Assembly (NCBI GenBank): GCA_040390065.1
Contig: JAZJZE010000017.1
Coordinates: forward strand, 1 to 64,000
Length of the DNA: 64,000 nt
Origin: a bacterium
GTDB lineage: Archaea > Thermoplasmatota > E2 > JACPAO01 > JAHFTW01
Direction of reading: 5' to 3'
Positions 9,083 through 18,289 of this stretch are shown here, piece by piece. The number at the start of each line of letters is the position of its first letter. The first letter of the stretch is position 1. Both the position numbers and the translations under genes were made by a program. A model generated the notes under the pieces. That model had not been told where the DNA came from. It did no database searches and was given only the letters and a program-made list of their open reading frames with translations.

Positions 9083-10146
9083 GGTGCACCCTGGCCGGTC
9101 ATGGCGAGCACGGTCTCCTCGAGGTCGGCCGCCTGCATGCGCAGCTCGCTCAGCACGATGCCGGCCCGCATGGCGGATTGGTTGATGGCCGCCGCGGCGG
9201 TGGCGGGGGCATGCACGAGGACGGAGCCGCCGGAGACTTCCGCGCGGTGGCCGAGCGCCTGGCAGACTTGCAGGAGGGCCGCCTGGCGCTTGCGGTCCTG
9301 CGGAGTGGCGAGGATGCCGACCTGGTTCTCGAGAAGCCGGTCGACGGTCCCCTCGTAGACGAGGCGGCCTTGGTGAAGGATGATGAGGCGGTCGCACATG
9401 CGCTGCACCTCCGCGAGCAGGTGGCTCGAGACGAAGACGGTCTTGCCCGAGTCTCCGATGGTGCGCAAGAGGCCGCGGATTTCGCGAATGCCGGCTGGGT
9501 CGAGGCCGTTGGTGGGTTCGTCGAGGATCAGTAGGTCCGGGTCAGGCAGCAGGGCGGCCGCGATGCCGAGGCGCTGCTTCATGCCAAGCGAATAGGTCCT
9601 GTACAAGTCGCCACCGCGCGATTCCAGGCCGACGAGGCGCAGGAGATCTGGCACGCGACCGGCGTCGTGCCCGCCAAGCAGCGCCAGGGAATGCAGGTTG
9701 CGTCGTCCGGACAGTTGCGGGTAGAATGCCGGCGACTCGATGAGCGCACCGACGCGGTGGAGGTACTCCTTCGGCCGCGTCACCGGGTGGCCGAGGACCG
9801 TGGCCGTACCCGACGTGGCGTGGGCGAGTCCCATGAGGATGCGGATGGTCGTCGTCTTGCCGGCGCCGTTGGGTCCGACGAAGCCCACCACGCCGCCGCG
9901 CGGAATCGCGAACGTCAAGCCGTCGAGGGCCACGAGGGCACCGTATCGTTTCGTGAGGCCGCGCACCTCGATGGCTGGCGGGCCGGCGGGGGCTGCAGGC
10001 GGGGCTTCCCTTCTCGGTGCGGTGCGGCGGTCGGGGCCGGGAAACGCGCAGACGGGGCAAACGGGTTGGGCCCCGACCGGCACCTGGACACCGGTCTTGC
10101 AGCGCGGACACGTGAGGTGCTGCAGGACGGGTGGCGGTGGATGCAC
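9079..10146 (-). CDS. ABC transporter ATP-binding protein with N-terminal zinc ribbon
   Basis: Walker A GPNGAGKTT, signature YSLGMKQR, Walker B LILDEPTNGLD, SSH; N-terminal CPRC..CPVC. Confidence 0.93.
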   Translation of the reverse strand: MHPPPPVLQHLTCPRCKTGVQVPVGAQPVCPVCAFPGPDRRTAPRREAPPAAPAGPPAIEVRGLTKRYGALVALDGLTFAIPRGGVVGFVGPNGAGKTTTIRILMGLAHATSGTATVLGHPVTRPKEYLHRVGALIESPAFYPQLSGRRNLHSLALLGGHDAGRVPDLLRLVGLESRGGDLYRTYSLGMKQRLGIAAALLPDPDLLILDEPTNGLDPAGIREIRGLLRTIGDSGKTVFVSSHLLAEVQRMCDRLIILHQGRLVYEGTVDRLLENQVGILATPQDRKRQAALLQVCQALGHRAEVSGGSVLVHAPATAAAAINQSAMRAGIVLSELRMQAADLEETVLAMTGQGAP

Positions 10147-10187
10147 GCGGGCTGCCACAGGCCCCGGTGATAAATTACTGTCGTGCG

Positions 10188-11192
10188 TTACAGCCAACCG
10201 CCAATCGTGGGCGCGTCGAGGAACGCGCAATCGTAGAAGCGCTCGACCTCGTCGACGAGGACCACGTCGGCGACACCGAGGCCGCGCAGGATGGCGGCGC
10301 GCACGAGGAGATCGGCCGCGACTTGCGTGACGCGTTCGGCGGCGGCCGCCGCGACGGTGAATTCGTAGAACATGCCGTCGACCGCGTCAAAGACGGTGCC
10401 GGCAAACAGGTCGCGCGATGCAAGGCGCCGAAGCAAGGCGTCGAGGCCCGCGACGAGGTCCGGGGCAAGCACGGGCGGCCTGACCTCCAACACGTCGGCG
10501 GCGTCGGCCAACGAGCCGTCCTCCTGCATCCGCTTGGGTTGCAGGCGCCCGGCGGCGACGGTCTCGAACGTCAGCCACTGGAGGTCCGCAGCGAGGTAGA
10601 AGGGCCGAGCCACGACGTCCTCTTCCGCAAACGGGGCGAGGGCGGTTGCCCACTCGTCCGGGGAGGACGCTTGCCGCCAGAGATTGGAGTCGCCGAGGGA
10701 CCGCGCAATCTCGCGGTCGACCTCGCCCATCGCGTCGGAGGCGCGGGCCTTGCGCTCGAAGTCGCGGTGCACGCGGGCGGCGAGCCGTTCGTGCTCGGCG
10801 AACTGGTGCGGCTTGGCTACGTCGAGCACTTGCTGCTGGAATGCGCCCCCCAGGTCGCCGCCCTCGACTGGACCGACGCCACGGCATGAGCGGTTGACGT
10901 AGACCTCGGTGCGCCGTCCGAAATACACGTGGAACGGGAAGTAGCGGCAATGGGCGGGCCGGTCCTCGTACGCCGTGCACTTGCGGCGCGCCAGCAGCGT
11001 GCACGCACCGCAGCCACCCTGGAAGGCGATATGCAGCGGCGCCTGCGGGGCGTCGCGTGCAATGGGAAGTTCGGGGAATTTGGCGCGCAGCCGCGACAGT
11101 TCGTCATGCGCCACCTCCGGCGTGAACGTGCAGCAGAAGCCGCAGTCGTCGAGACAGCGGAATGCCAGGCCCTTGAGTTCAGAGGTGATCAT
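10188..11192 (-). CDS. YkgJ family cysteine-cluster (Zn/Fe-chelating) protein
   Basis: FRCLDDCGFCC, GACTLL, CTAYEDRPAHCRYFPF, SCRGVG. Confidence 0.85.
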   Translation of the reverse strand: MITSELKGLAFRCLDDCGFCCTFTPEVAHDELSRLRAKFPELPIARDAPQAPLHIAFQGGCGACTLLARRKCTAYEDRPAHCRYFPFHVYFGRRTEVYVNRSCRGVGPVEGGDLGGAFQQQVLDVAKPHQFAEHERLAARVHRDFERKARASDAMGEVDREIARSLGDSNLWRQASSPDEWATALAPFAEEDVVARPFYLAADLQWLTFETVAAGRLQPKRMQEDGSLADAADVLEVRPPVLAPDLVAGLDALLRRLASRDLFAGTVFDAVDGMFYEFTVAAAAAERVTQVAADLLVRAAILRGLGVADVVLVDEVERFYDCAFLDAPTIGGWL

Positions 11193-11920
11193 GCGGCCAC
11201 CACGTTCCAGCTCAGCCCGGCCGCACTGGCGGGGAGGCGCGCGTCGTTGTGCGGCTTGTAGCCCGCCCTTGCGGAGAGGGCACTGGCGCAGTGCGGAGCA
11301 AGCGGGCAGACGCCGCAGCGGGGCCGGCGCGCAACACAGACTAGTCGGCCGTGGTCGATGATGCGATGCGTGTACGACGTCCACGAGGAAACGGGGATCA
11401 GGCGTTCGAGTTCGTTGGCCATCCCTTCTGCGTCCCGGCGGCGCGACAGGCCGAGCAGGCGGTTGATGCGCAGCATGTGCGTGTCGACCGTGACGCCGGC
11501 CGGGATGCCGTGCGCGGTGCCGAGCACGGCGGTCGCCGTCTTCTTGCCGACGCCGGGGAGCGCCCGCAACGCCTCGAGCGTGCGGGGGACCTCGCCGCCA
11601 TGCCGTTCCAGCAGCAGGTGCGCGATGGCGCGGATGTTCTTCGCCTTGCCGCGCCACAGGCCGATGGAATTGATGATGGTCTCGACGGCGCCGTCGGGGG
11701 CCGTCGCCAGAGCCAGTGCGTCGGGGTACGTGGCAAAGAGGCGTCGCGTCACCCGGTTCACGGCGGCATCCGTGGTCTGGGCGGAAAGGACGGTGGCCAC
11801 GAGGAGCTGGAAGGCGGAGTCGTGCACGAGCGCGCACCTCGACTCGGGATAGGCAGCCGCGAGGGCCGCATCGATGGCGAGGGCCTGGGCGCGCCGGGCG
11901 GCGAGGCTACGCGCCGCCAA
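11189..11920 (-). CDS. nth: Endonuclease III
   Basis: LLVATVLSAQTTD, HhH LPGVGKKTA, VDTH, Fe-S motif CVARRPRCGVCPLAPHC. Confidence 0.95.
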   Translation of the reverse strand: MAARSLAARRAQALAIDAALAAAYPESRCALVHDSAFQLLVATVLSAQTTDAAVNRVTRRLFATYPDALALATAPDGAVETIINSIGLWRGKAKNIRAIAHLLLERHGGEVPRTLEALRALPGVGKKTATAVLGTAHGIPAGVTVDTHMLRINRLLGLSRRRDAEGMANELERLIPVSSWTSYTHRIIDHGRLVCVARRPRCGVCPLAPHCASALSARAGYKPHNDARLPASAAGLSWNVVAA

Positions 11921-11921
11921 G

Positions 11922-12944
11922 CTACACCCAGTCGATCTTCTTGAGAACCGCGTACAGCGGGACCATGGCCAGCATGGAGGCACCGGTCACCGTCCAGAAC
12001 GTTCCGACGTGGATGGGGTCCCACTGCGGGATAGGCACGTTCATGCCCATGAAGGTCCCGACCAGCATCGGCACCGTGAGGACGATTGTCACGCCGGTGA
12101 GCAGCTTGACGATGCGGTTCGTCTGGTTGGCGAGCGTCGCGTTGTAGGTCTCCTGGGTGAGGATGGCCAATTCGCGCACATGGTCCAGCCGCTCGGAAAG
12201 GCGCGTCATGTGGTCGGCCACGTCGCGCAGGAAGATGCGCGTCTCGTCGCTGACGTTCGGATGCTCGCCCTTCTCCAGGCTCGCCATCGCCTCGCGCATG
12301 GGGAACACGGTCTTGCGCGTCTGGCTGACGGTGTGCTTGAACACCTGGACCTTCCGGAGTTCGCTTAGTTCCGGCGAGTCGAGAATCTCGTCCTCAAGCG
12401 TCTCGATGCGGTCCTCCAACTGGTCCATGATGGGGAAGTAGGCGTCCACGATGGCGTCCAGCACCTCGTAGAGAACGCGATCGATAGTGGAGGTCTTCGA
12501 GGTCGCGCGCAGGCCAAGCAGCCGCTTTTCCACGAGGTCCAGCTCGGCCACGGGGTCGGTGCAGGCCGTGATGAGGAAGTCGGGGCCAAGAAACAAGCCG
12601 ATGGTCAGCCAGGACAGCTCGTCGTTCTCCTGGTCCCAGCGCGGCGCCCGGGCCACGACGAACGTGAGGTCCCGGTAGTCCTCGACCTTGGGACGCTGCC
12701 GATGGCTGCGCACGTCCTCGATGGCAAGCGGGTGCAGGTTGAACACCGCCCCGAGCGTGTCCAGCTTGTCGTGCTGCAGCCCCTCCAGACGGATCCACAC
12801 GTGCGTCGGGCCGAAGGCCAGATCACGGGCCGCCTCCGGGCGCAATCCCTTCGAGCGCTGCCAGGCGCCGCCGGAGAACTGCAGGACTTCCACGCGCGGC
12901 CCAAGCTCCAGGAGTATTTCACGCGGCCGGCATCTGGTTTCCAT
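11922..12944 (-). CDS. corA: Magnesium transporter CorA family
   Basis: LHPLAIED..QRPKVE, DAIVDAYFP, C-terminal GMN motif with 2 TM helices. Confidence 0.93.
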   Translation of the reverse strand: METRCRPREILLELGPRVEVLQFSGGAWQRSKGLRPEAARDLAFGPTHVWIRLEGLQHDKLDTLGAVFNLHPLAIEDVRSHRQRPKVEDYRDLTFVVARAPRWDQENDELSWLTIGLFLGPDFLITACTDPVAELDLVEKRLLGLRATSKTSTIDRVLYEVLDAIVDAYFPIMDQLEDRIETLEDEILDSPELSELRKVQVFKHTVSQTRKTVFPMREAMASLEKGEHPNVSDETRIFLRDVADHMTRLSERLDHVRELAILTQETYNATLANQTNRIVKLLTGVTIVLTVPMLVGTFMGMNVPIPQWDPIHVGTFWTVTGASMLAMVPLYAVLKKIDWV

Positions 12945-12993
12945 GCCGCGGCGATTTCGTGGGGTACATACGCTTGCGGCGGGTGGTCGGAGC

Positions 12994-14382
12994 GTGGATG
13001 CCGACCTGCGCGAAACAGCCATGGCGCGCGCCTTGGCCCTTTCGGAGGCGCAGGAATGGGACCAACTGCGGGCCCATGTGGCCGACTGGAGCGCGCCAGA
13101 CCTGGCCGACCTAATCGAGGAGGCGCGGGAGGTCGACCCGGTCAGCCTCCTCCGGGCCCTCCCACCGGGCATCGCCCCCGCAGTCTTCGCGCGACTGGAC
13201 CATTCGCACCAGGAACGCATCGTCGATGACCTGTCCGACGACGAGACGCGCCGTATCCTCTCGGACTTGCCGCCGGACGAGCGCACGGGCGTGCTTGCGC
13301 AATTGCCCGCGGACGCCGCGCGGCGCATCCTTGCACTCCTCAGCCCGGAGGACCGCAAGGAGGCCTCCGAACTCCTGGCCTACGCGCCCGAGTCCGTCGG
13401 CCGCCTCATGACGCCAGACTACGTCGCGCTGCGGCCGGATTGGACGCTCGCCCAGGCCCTCGCCTTCGTCCGCCGGCATGGCAACGACTCGGAGACCATC
13501 AGCCGGGTGTACGTCGTGGACGCCCAAGGCAGGCTCCTCGACGACCTGCGCCTGCGGCAGATCATCCTCGGCGCGCCCGAACGGATGGTCTCGGCGCTCA
13601 TGGACGGGGACTTCGAAGCGCTCTCCCCGGACGACCCCCGCGAACGCGCCGCGCATGAGATGCAGCGTCACGACGCCTTCGCCTTGCCCGTCGTGGACGC
13701 GGACGGCCGGATGCTCGGCATCGTCACGGCCGACGACGCGTTGCAGGTGGCTCAGGAGGAGGCCACGCGCGACATCCAGATGATGGGTGGCCAGGAAGCC
13801 CTGGAGGCGCCCTACCTCGAGACCAGGTTTGGCACCATGATGAAGAAGCGCGGCGGTTGGCTTGCCCTCCTGTTTCTCGGGGAGATGCTCACGGCGACCG
13901 CCATGGCGGCCTTCCAGGACGAGATCGCAAGCGCCGTGGTCCTGGCCCTGTTCATCCCGCTTATCATCTCGAGCGGCGGCAACTCGGGCTCGCAGGCCAG
14001 CACGCTGGTCGTGCGCGCCCTTGCGCTCGGCCAACTCCGGCTGCGCGACTGGTGGCGCGTCATCCGGCGCGAGATCGCAACGGGCCTGGCCCTCGGGGGC
14101 CTGCTTGCCGCCATCGGCGTCCTGCGGATTGTCGTGTGGCATGGCGCGTTCGGTTCCTATGGCGCGCAGTACGCACCCATCGCCGTCGTCGTTGGCCTGA
14201 GCCTGGTCTGCGTCGTCGCCTGGGGCGCCATCAGCGGCTCCACTCTGCCGTTCCTGCTCCGGCGGATGGGCTTCGACCCGGCAGCAGCGTCGGCGCCGTT
14301 TGTCGCCACACTCGTCGACGTGTCCGGCCTCGTCATCTACTTCAGCATCGCCAAGGTCGTCCTGAGCGGGCACCTGGTGTGA
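12994..14382 (+). CDS. mgtE: Magnesium transporter MgtE
   Basis: CBS pair (VGRLMTPDYV), FIPLIISSGGNSGSQ, DPAAASAPFVATLVDV. Confidence 0.96.
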   Translation: MDADLRETAMARALALSEAQEWDQLRAHVADWSAPDLADLIEEAREVDPVSLLRALPPGIAPAVFARLDHSHQERIVDDLSDDETRRILSDLPPDERTGVLAQLPADAARRILALLSPEDRKEASELLAYAPESVGRLMTPDYVALRPDWTLAQALAFVRRHGNDSETISRVYVVDAQGRLLDDLRLRQIILGAPERMVSALMDGDFEALSPDDPRERAAHEMQRHDAFALPVVDADGRMLGIVTADDALQVAQEEATRDIQMMGGQEALEAPYLETRFGTMMKKRGGWLALLFLGEMLTATAMAAFQDEIASAVVLALFIPLIISSGGNSGSQASTLVVRALALGQLRLRDWWRVIRREIATGLALGGLLAAIGVLRIVVWHGAFGSYGAQYAPIAVVVGLSLVCVVAWGAISGSTLPFLLRRMGFDPAAASAPFVATLVDVSGLVIYFSIAKVVLSGHLV

Positions 14383-14446
14383 AGGCCCTGCATGGGCACC
14401 AAGCCAGTTGCGCAACCGTGAAGTGCGGGAAACCCTCGCCTGCACC

Positions 14447-15673
14447 ATGGCCAAGTCGGGTGTTCGCAATCTCGGCATCCGGGCAATCGACCACATCGAC
14501 TTCGTCGTGCACGACCTCGCGCGCTCCAAGAAGTTCTACACGGAGCGCATGGACTTCGGCCTGACCGCGCAGTCGGGGAAGAAGTACGAGGAGCAGACCG
14601 GCGAACGCGTCGCCGTGCTCGACGCTGCGCGCGTCCGCGTGCAATGCACGACACCACTCGACAAGGATTCCCACGCCGGCCGCTTCCTCAAGGGCCATCC
14701 CGACGGCGTGCGCACCCTCGCCTTCCGCGTCGACGACCTCGAGCATGCGTGGAAGACGCTGGAGACGCGTGGCGCCAACTTCCTCTACCAGATCCAAGGC
14801 AAGCCCGGGTACCGCTGGTTCGGCATCGCCACACCGCTTGGCGACGTCGAATACCGCTTCATCGAGAAGACGGGCCCCGTCGCCGCCGATGACGCCGCGG
14901 GAAACAAGACCCAGGGCACCTTCGACCCTCGCCTTGCGCCCGTCGTGAGCGCGCCCGGCAAGGCCGGCGACGGCGGCAACCGCCACAAGTTCACCCATAT
15001 GGACCACGTGACGTCCAACACGCGCGAGATGCGCAGCCTCACGAACTGGTACCGCGACGTCCTCGGCTTCGAGCACTTCTGGGACATCCGCTTCCACACC
15101 AAGGATTCCAAACCCGGCATGGCGGGAGGCTCGGGGCTGCAGTCCATCGTGATGTGGGACCCGACGTGCAACATCAAGTTCGCCACGAACGAGCCGCTGC
15201 GGCCCAACTACCACAATTCGCAGATCGCCAAGTTCGTCGCCGACAACAACGGCCCGGGCGTGCAGCACATTGCGTTTGCCACGCGTTCCATCATGGACGT
15301 GATCCCCAACATGCGCAAGGCCGGCGTCAAGTTCCTCGAGACGCCCGACGCGTACTACGAGATGCTCCCCAAGCGCCTCGCGGAGAAGGCCGTCGACAAC
15401 CTGAAGGAGGACATCGAGGAGCTTCGCAAGCGCAAGATCCTCGTCGACGGGCGTGACCACCGCTACCTTCTGCAGATCTTCATGCAGGAAGCGAGCCTCC
15501 TGTACAACGAAGCGGCGGCAGGGCCGTTCTTCTACGAGGTCATCCAGCGCCACGGCGACCAGGGCTTCGGCGAAGGCAACTTCCGTGCCCTGTTCGAGAG
15601 CATCGAGAGACAGCAGACCGGCGAGAAGCCGACAGGCGTACGCACAGTGCAGAACCCGTACCTCATGGACTAG
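14447..15673 (+). CDS. hppD: 4-hydroxyphenylpyruvate dioxygenase
   Basis: DHVTSN, SQIAKF..GPGVQHIAF, YLLQIF, FYEVIQRHGDQGFGEGNFRALFESIE. Confidence 0.96.
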   Translation: MAKSGVRNLGIRAIDHIDFVVHDLARSKKFYTERMDFGLTAQSGKKYEEQTGERVAVLDAARVRVQCTTPLDKDSHAGRFLKGHPDGVRTLAFRVDDLEHAWKTLETRGANFLYQIQGKPGYRWFGIATPLGDVEYRFIEKTGPVAADDAAGNKTQGTFDPRLAPVVSAPGKAGDGGNRHKFTHMDHVTSNTREMRSLTNWYRDVLGFEHFWDIRFHTKDSKPGMAGGSGLQSIVMWDPTCNIKFATNEPLRPNYHNSQIAKFVADNNGPGVQHIAFATRSIMDVIPNMRKAGVKFLETPDAYYEMLPKRLAEKAVDNLKEDIEELRKRKILVDGRDHRYLLQIFMQEASLLYNEAAAGPFFYEVIQRHGDQGFGEGNFRALFESIERQQTGEKPTGVRTVQNPYLMD

Positions 15674-15674
15674 C

Positions 15675-16307
15675 ATGGCAGCGACCTTGGCGTCCAAGCC
15701 TCCGGTGCCCCTGCGCCTTGCGGCCGATGCCGTGCTGCTCACGATCGACGTGCAGAAGGGCTTCGACCAATTCCCTGGCCGCAACAATCCCGCCGTCATC
15801 GGGAACATCGCGGTCCTGCAGCGGGCGTGGCGCGACGCCGGGCGTCTACCGTGGCACGTCCGGCACGACTCCACGGAGCCGCGCTCGGTGTTCCGTCCCG
15901 GCGAACCCGGCAACGCCTTCCAGCCCGAGACCCAGCCAGCCCCAGGCGAGCCCGTCATCCCGAAGTCCGTCCACTCCGCCTTCATCGGCACGGACCTCGA
16001 CGCGCGCCTCATACGCGACGGGCGGACGACTCTCGTCTTGTGCGGCATCCAGACCAACTACTGCGTGGCCACGACGGCCCGTATGGCCGGCAATCTCGGC
16101 TATACGACCTACGTCGTGGGCGACGCGTGTGCGACGTTCCCGCAACGCCTCCTCGATGGCCGCGAAGTGGATGCAACGGTCGCGCACGACTTGGCCCTGG
16201 CCGAACTGCACGGGGAATTCGCAACCGTCGTCGCGACGGCCGACGTGGTGGATGCGTTGCGGGGAACGGTAGCCAACCAGCAGTCCCGACCAGTCCCCTC
16301 GGCCTGA
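15675..16307 (+). CDS. Isochorismatase/cysteine hydrolase family protein
   Basis: TIDVQKGF, KSVHSAFIGTDL, GIQTNYCVATTAR, DACATF. Confidence 0.92.
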   Translation: MAATLASKPPVPLRLAADAVLLTIDVQKGFDQFPGRNNPAVIGNIAVLQRAWRDAGRLPWHVRHDSTEPRSVFRPGEPGNAFQPETQPAPGEPVIPKSVHSAFIGTDLDARLIRDGRTTLVLCGIQTNYCVATTARMAGNLGYTTYVVGDACATFPQRLLDGREVDATVAHDLALAELHGEFATVVATADVVDALRGTVANQQSRPVPSA

Positions 16308-16389
16308 CGGCCGGCAAAGCGTCTGGCCGGCGAGCCCGCGGGGCGAGCCGGCGTGGGGGGCCGCAGGCCCGCCGTCGGAATGCACCCCA

Positions 16390-16428
16390 GCGGCAGAATC
16401 GCGGAGCAAGGCGAGGCGATTCTGCCGC
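16390..16428. repeat. Perfect 13-bp inverted repeat (hairpin) in an intergenic palindrome cluster
   Basis: GCGGCAGAATCGC-13 nt-GCGATTCTGCCGC. Confidence 0.75.
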
Positions 16429-16468
16429 GGAGAAGACCTCAAGTGCTTTTCGCGCCTATCCAGTCGCC

Positions 16469-16699
16469 ATGAAGCTCGTCCAGTTCGACGCCGGCTCCGG
16501 CCCGCGCGCCGGTCTTGTCCGCAAGACCTTCGTCGTGGACCTGCACCAGGCCAACGGCTTCATCCCGGTCGATTTCGACGCCGTCGTCAAGGATTCCGTC
16601 GCCCTCGAACGCGCCCGCGCCCTCGAAGTCTCATGCCCTGACCGCTCGGTGCTGCGCCGCCGGTCCGAGGTCAAGGTCCTGCGCGAAGTCGACGCCTAA
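16469..16699 (+). CDS. Small protein resembling the N-terminal domain of fumarylacetoacetate hydrolase family proteins
   Basis: MKLVQF..GPRAGLV....VVDL..; ends SEVKVL where FAH proteins continue into the catalytic domain; lies between hppD and hmgA. Confidence 0.65.
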   Translation: MKLVQFDAGSGPRAGLVRKTFVVDLHQANGFIPVDFDAVVKDSVALERARALEVSCPDRSVLRRRSEVKVLREVDA

Positions 16700-16739
16700 C
16701 GCGTTTTTTTGCCAGGGCGCCCTGCGGGGAGCGACGCGC

Positions 16740-17993
16740 ATGATCGACTACCACCACCTCGGCACGGTCCCGGCCAAGCATCACATCCAGCTCAAGCGCA
16801 AGCGCGGCGACATGACGGATGGGTGCCCCGTCTACTATGAACATTGCTTGACGCGGAAGGGATTCGACGGCGCGTATTCGATCGCGTACCGCAAGAACAA
16901 CCCGGCGCAGGAACTCTCGGCGAAGGCCGCGAGTCTTTCGGACACGTTCGAGGTCGCGGGCGACGGGCCGATGCACCGCGTCCACTTGCGCGCTGGGGGC
17001 GCTGCGGGCAAAGGCGCGTTGTGGCAGTCGCTGCGCCTCCTCGTCGGCAACGACGACATCCGCATCGGCACCTCGGAGCCGACGGTCGCGGACTCGGGAC
17101 TCGTCCAGGACGGCGACGGCGACATCCTGCTGTTCTTGCACGAAGGCTCCGGAACGCTCGACTCGGAGCTGGGCCGGCTGGAACTGCGCCGCCACGACTA
17201 CGTCTGGATCCCGCGTGGCCTCGTGCACCGCATCACGTTCCAGGAACCGAAACAACGGAAGACGGGGACCGCGCCGTCGAAGCCGCATGTCATGTGGATG
17301 GAGTGCCGCGGGGGGCTCGAGGTCCCGGGTAACTTTCGTAACCCTTCGGGGCAGCTCAAGATGGATGCGCCATACTCGCACCGCGACTTCCGCCGCCCCG
17401 AACGTCTCTCCAAGCCCGCCCCCGGCGACGCGGACGCGAAAGGCCACGTCAAGGTCCTGCACAAGCGCAACGACAAGTTCACCACGCGCACGCTGCCGCA
17501 TCATCCGTTCGACGTCGTCGGCTGGGACGGCACGAGTTACCCGGTCGCCTTCAACATCCATGACTACCAGCCCAAGACCGGCCTCGTCCACTTGCCGCCG
17601 CCGGTGCACACGACGTTCCTCGGAGGCAAGGGCGCCTTCGTCATCTGCAGCTTCGTGCCGCGCAAGGTCGACTACCACCCCGAGGCGATTCCGTGCCCCT
17701 ATCCGCACAGCAGCGTCGACTGCGACGAGGTCCTGTGGTACGTCGAGGGCAACTTCGCCAGCCGCAAGGGCGTCGGCCCCGCATCCATCAGCCTGCACCC
17801 CGCCGGCGTGCCGCATGCGCCGCAGCCTGGACGCTACGAGGCCAGTTTCGGCGCTGAGCGGACGGACGAGATGGCCGTCATGGTCGACACGTTCAAGCCG
17901 CTCAAGTTGACGAAGTACGCGCTTGGCGTCGAGGACCCGGACTACCACAAGTCGTGGTTGGCCAAGCCGAGCGGTGGACAGTACGTCGATTAG
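16740..17993 (+). CDS. hmgA: Homogentisate 1,2-dioxygenase
   Basis: HHPFDVVGWDG, VHLPPPVHTTF, ICSFVPR, HSSVDCDEVLWY, SLHPAGVPHAPQPG, AVMVDTFKPL. Confidence 0.95.
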   Translation: MIDYHHLGTVPAKHHIQLKRKRGDMTDGCPVYYEHCLTRKGFDGAYSIAYRKNNPAQELSAKAASLSDTFEVAGDGPMHRVHLRAGGAAGKGALWQSLRLLVGNDDIRIGTSEPTVADSGLVQDGDGDILLFLHEGSGTLDSELGRLELRRHDYVWIPRGLVHRITFQEPKQRKTGTAPSKPHVMWMECRGGLEVPGNFRNPSGQLKMDAPYSHRDFRRPERLSKPAPGDADAKGHVKVLHKRNDKFTTRTLPHHPFDVVGWDGTSYPVAFNIHDYQPKTGLVHLPPPVHTTFLGGKGAFVICSFVPRKVDYHPEAIPCPYPHSSVDCDEVLWYVEGNFASRKGVGPASISLHPAGVPHAPQPGRYEASFGAERTDEMAVMVDTFKPLKLTKYALGVEDPDYHKSWLAKPSGGQYVD

Positions 17994-18163
17994 GCCTGCT
18001 TCTGCCGGCCAAACTCTTCGATTTGCAGCACAAGTTGGCGCACCGCGTCGGTCACGAACTCCTGACGGCTTCTGTAGCCGAGGTCCGTCGACTTGAGAAG
18101 CCGGTCGACTCGTTTGGCCAGGTCTGCGGGGAGGGCCGCGTTCACGTACTTGGACGTAACCAC
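17990..18163 (-). CDS. Ribbon-helix-helix (CopG/Arc-like) DNA-binding protein
   Basis: YVNAALPADLAKRVDRLL..GYRSRQEFVTDAVR pattern. Confidence 0.75.
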   Translation of the reverse strand: MVTSKYVNAALPADLAKRVDRLLKSTDLGYRSRQEFVTDAVRQLVLQIEEFGRQKQA

Positions 18164-18289
18164 GAGAAACGAATGGCCCCGAACAACACATTCCTGCGAC
18201 CAGTACTGGTTCTCTATTAGACCAGAATATTGATGATGCGCGAGGCCTTGGTATTTCGCGGACTTGGACGCCATGGAGACCAGCACTTG

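Noticed and set aside
12945-12993. Mg-sensing riboswitch before mgtE
   Set aside because: The intergenic space is too short and shows no recognisable M-box structure.
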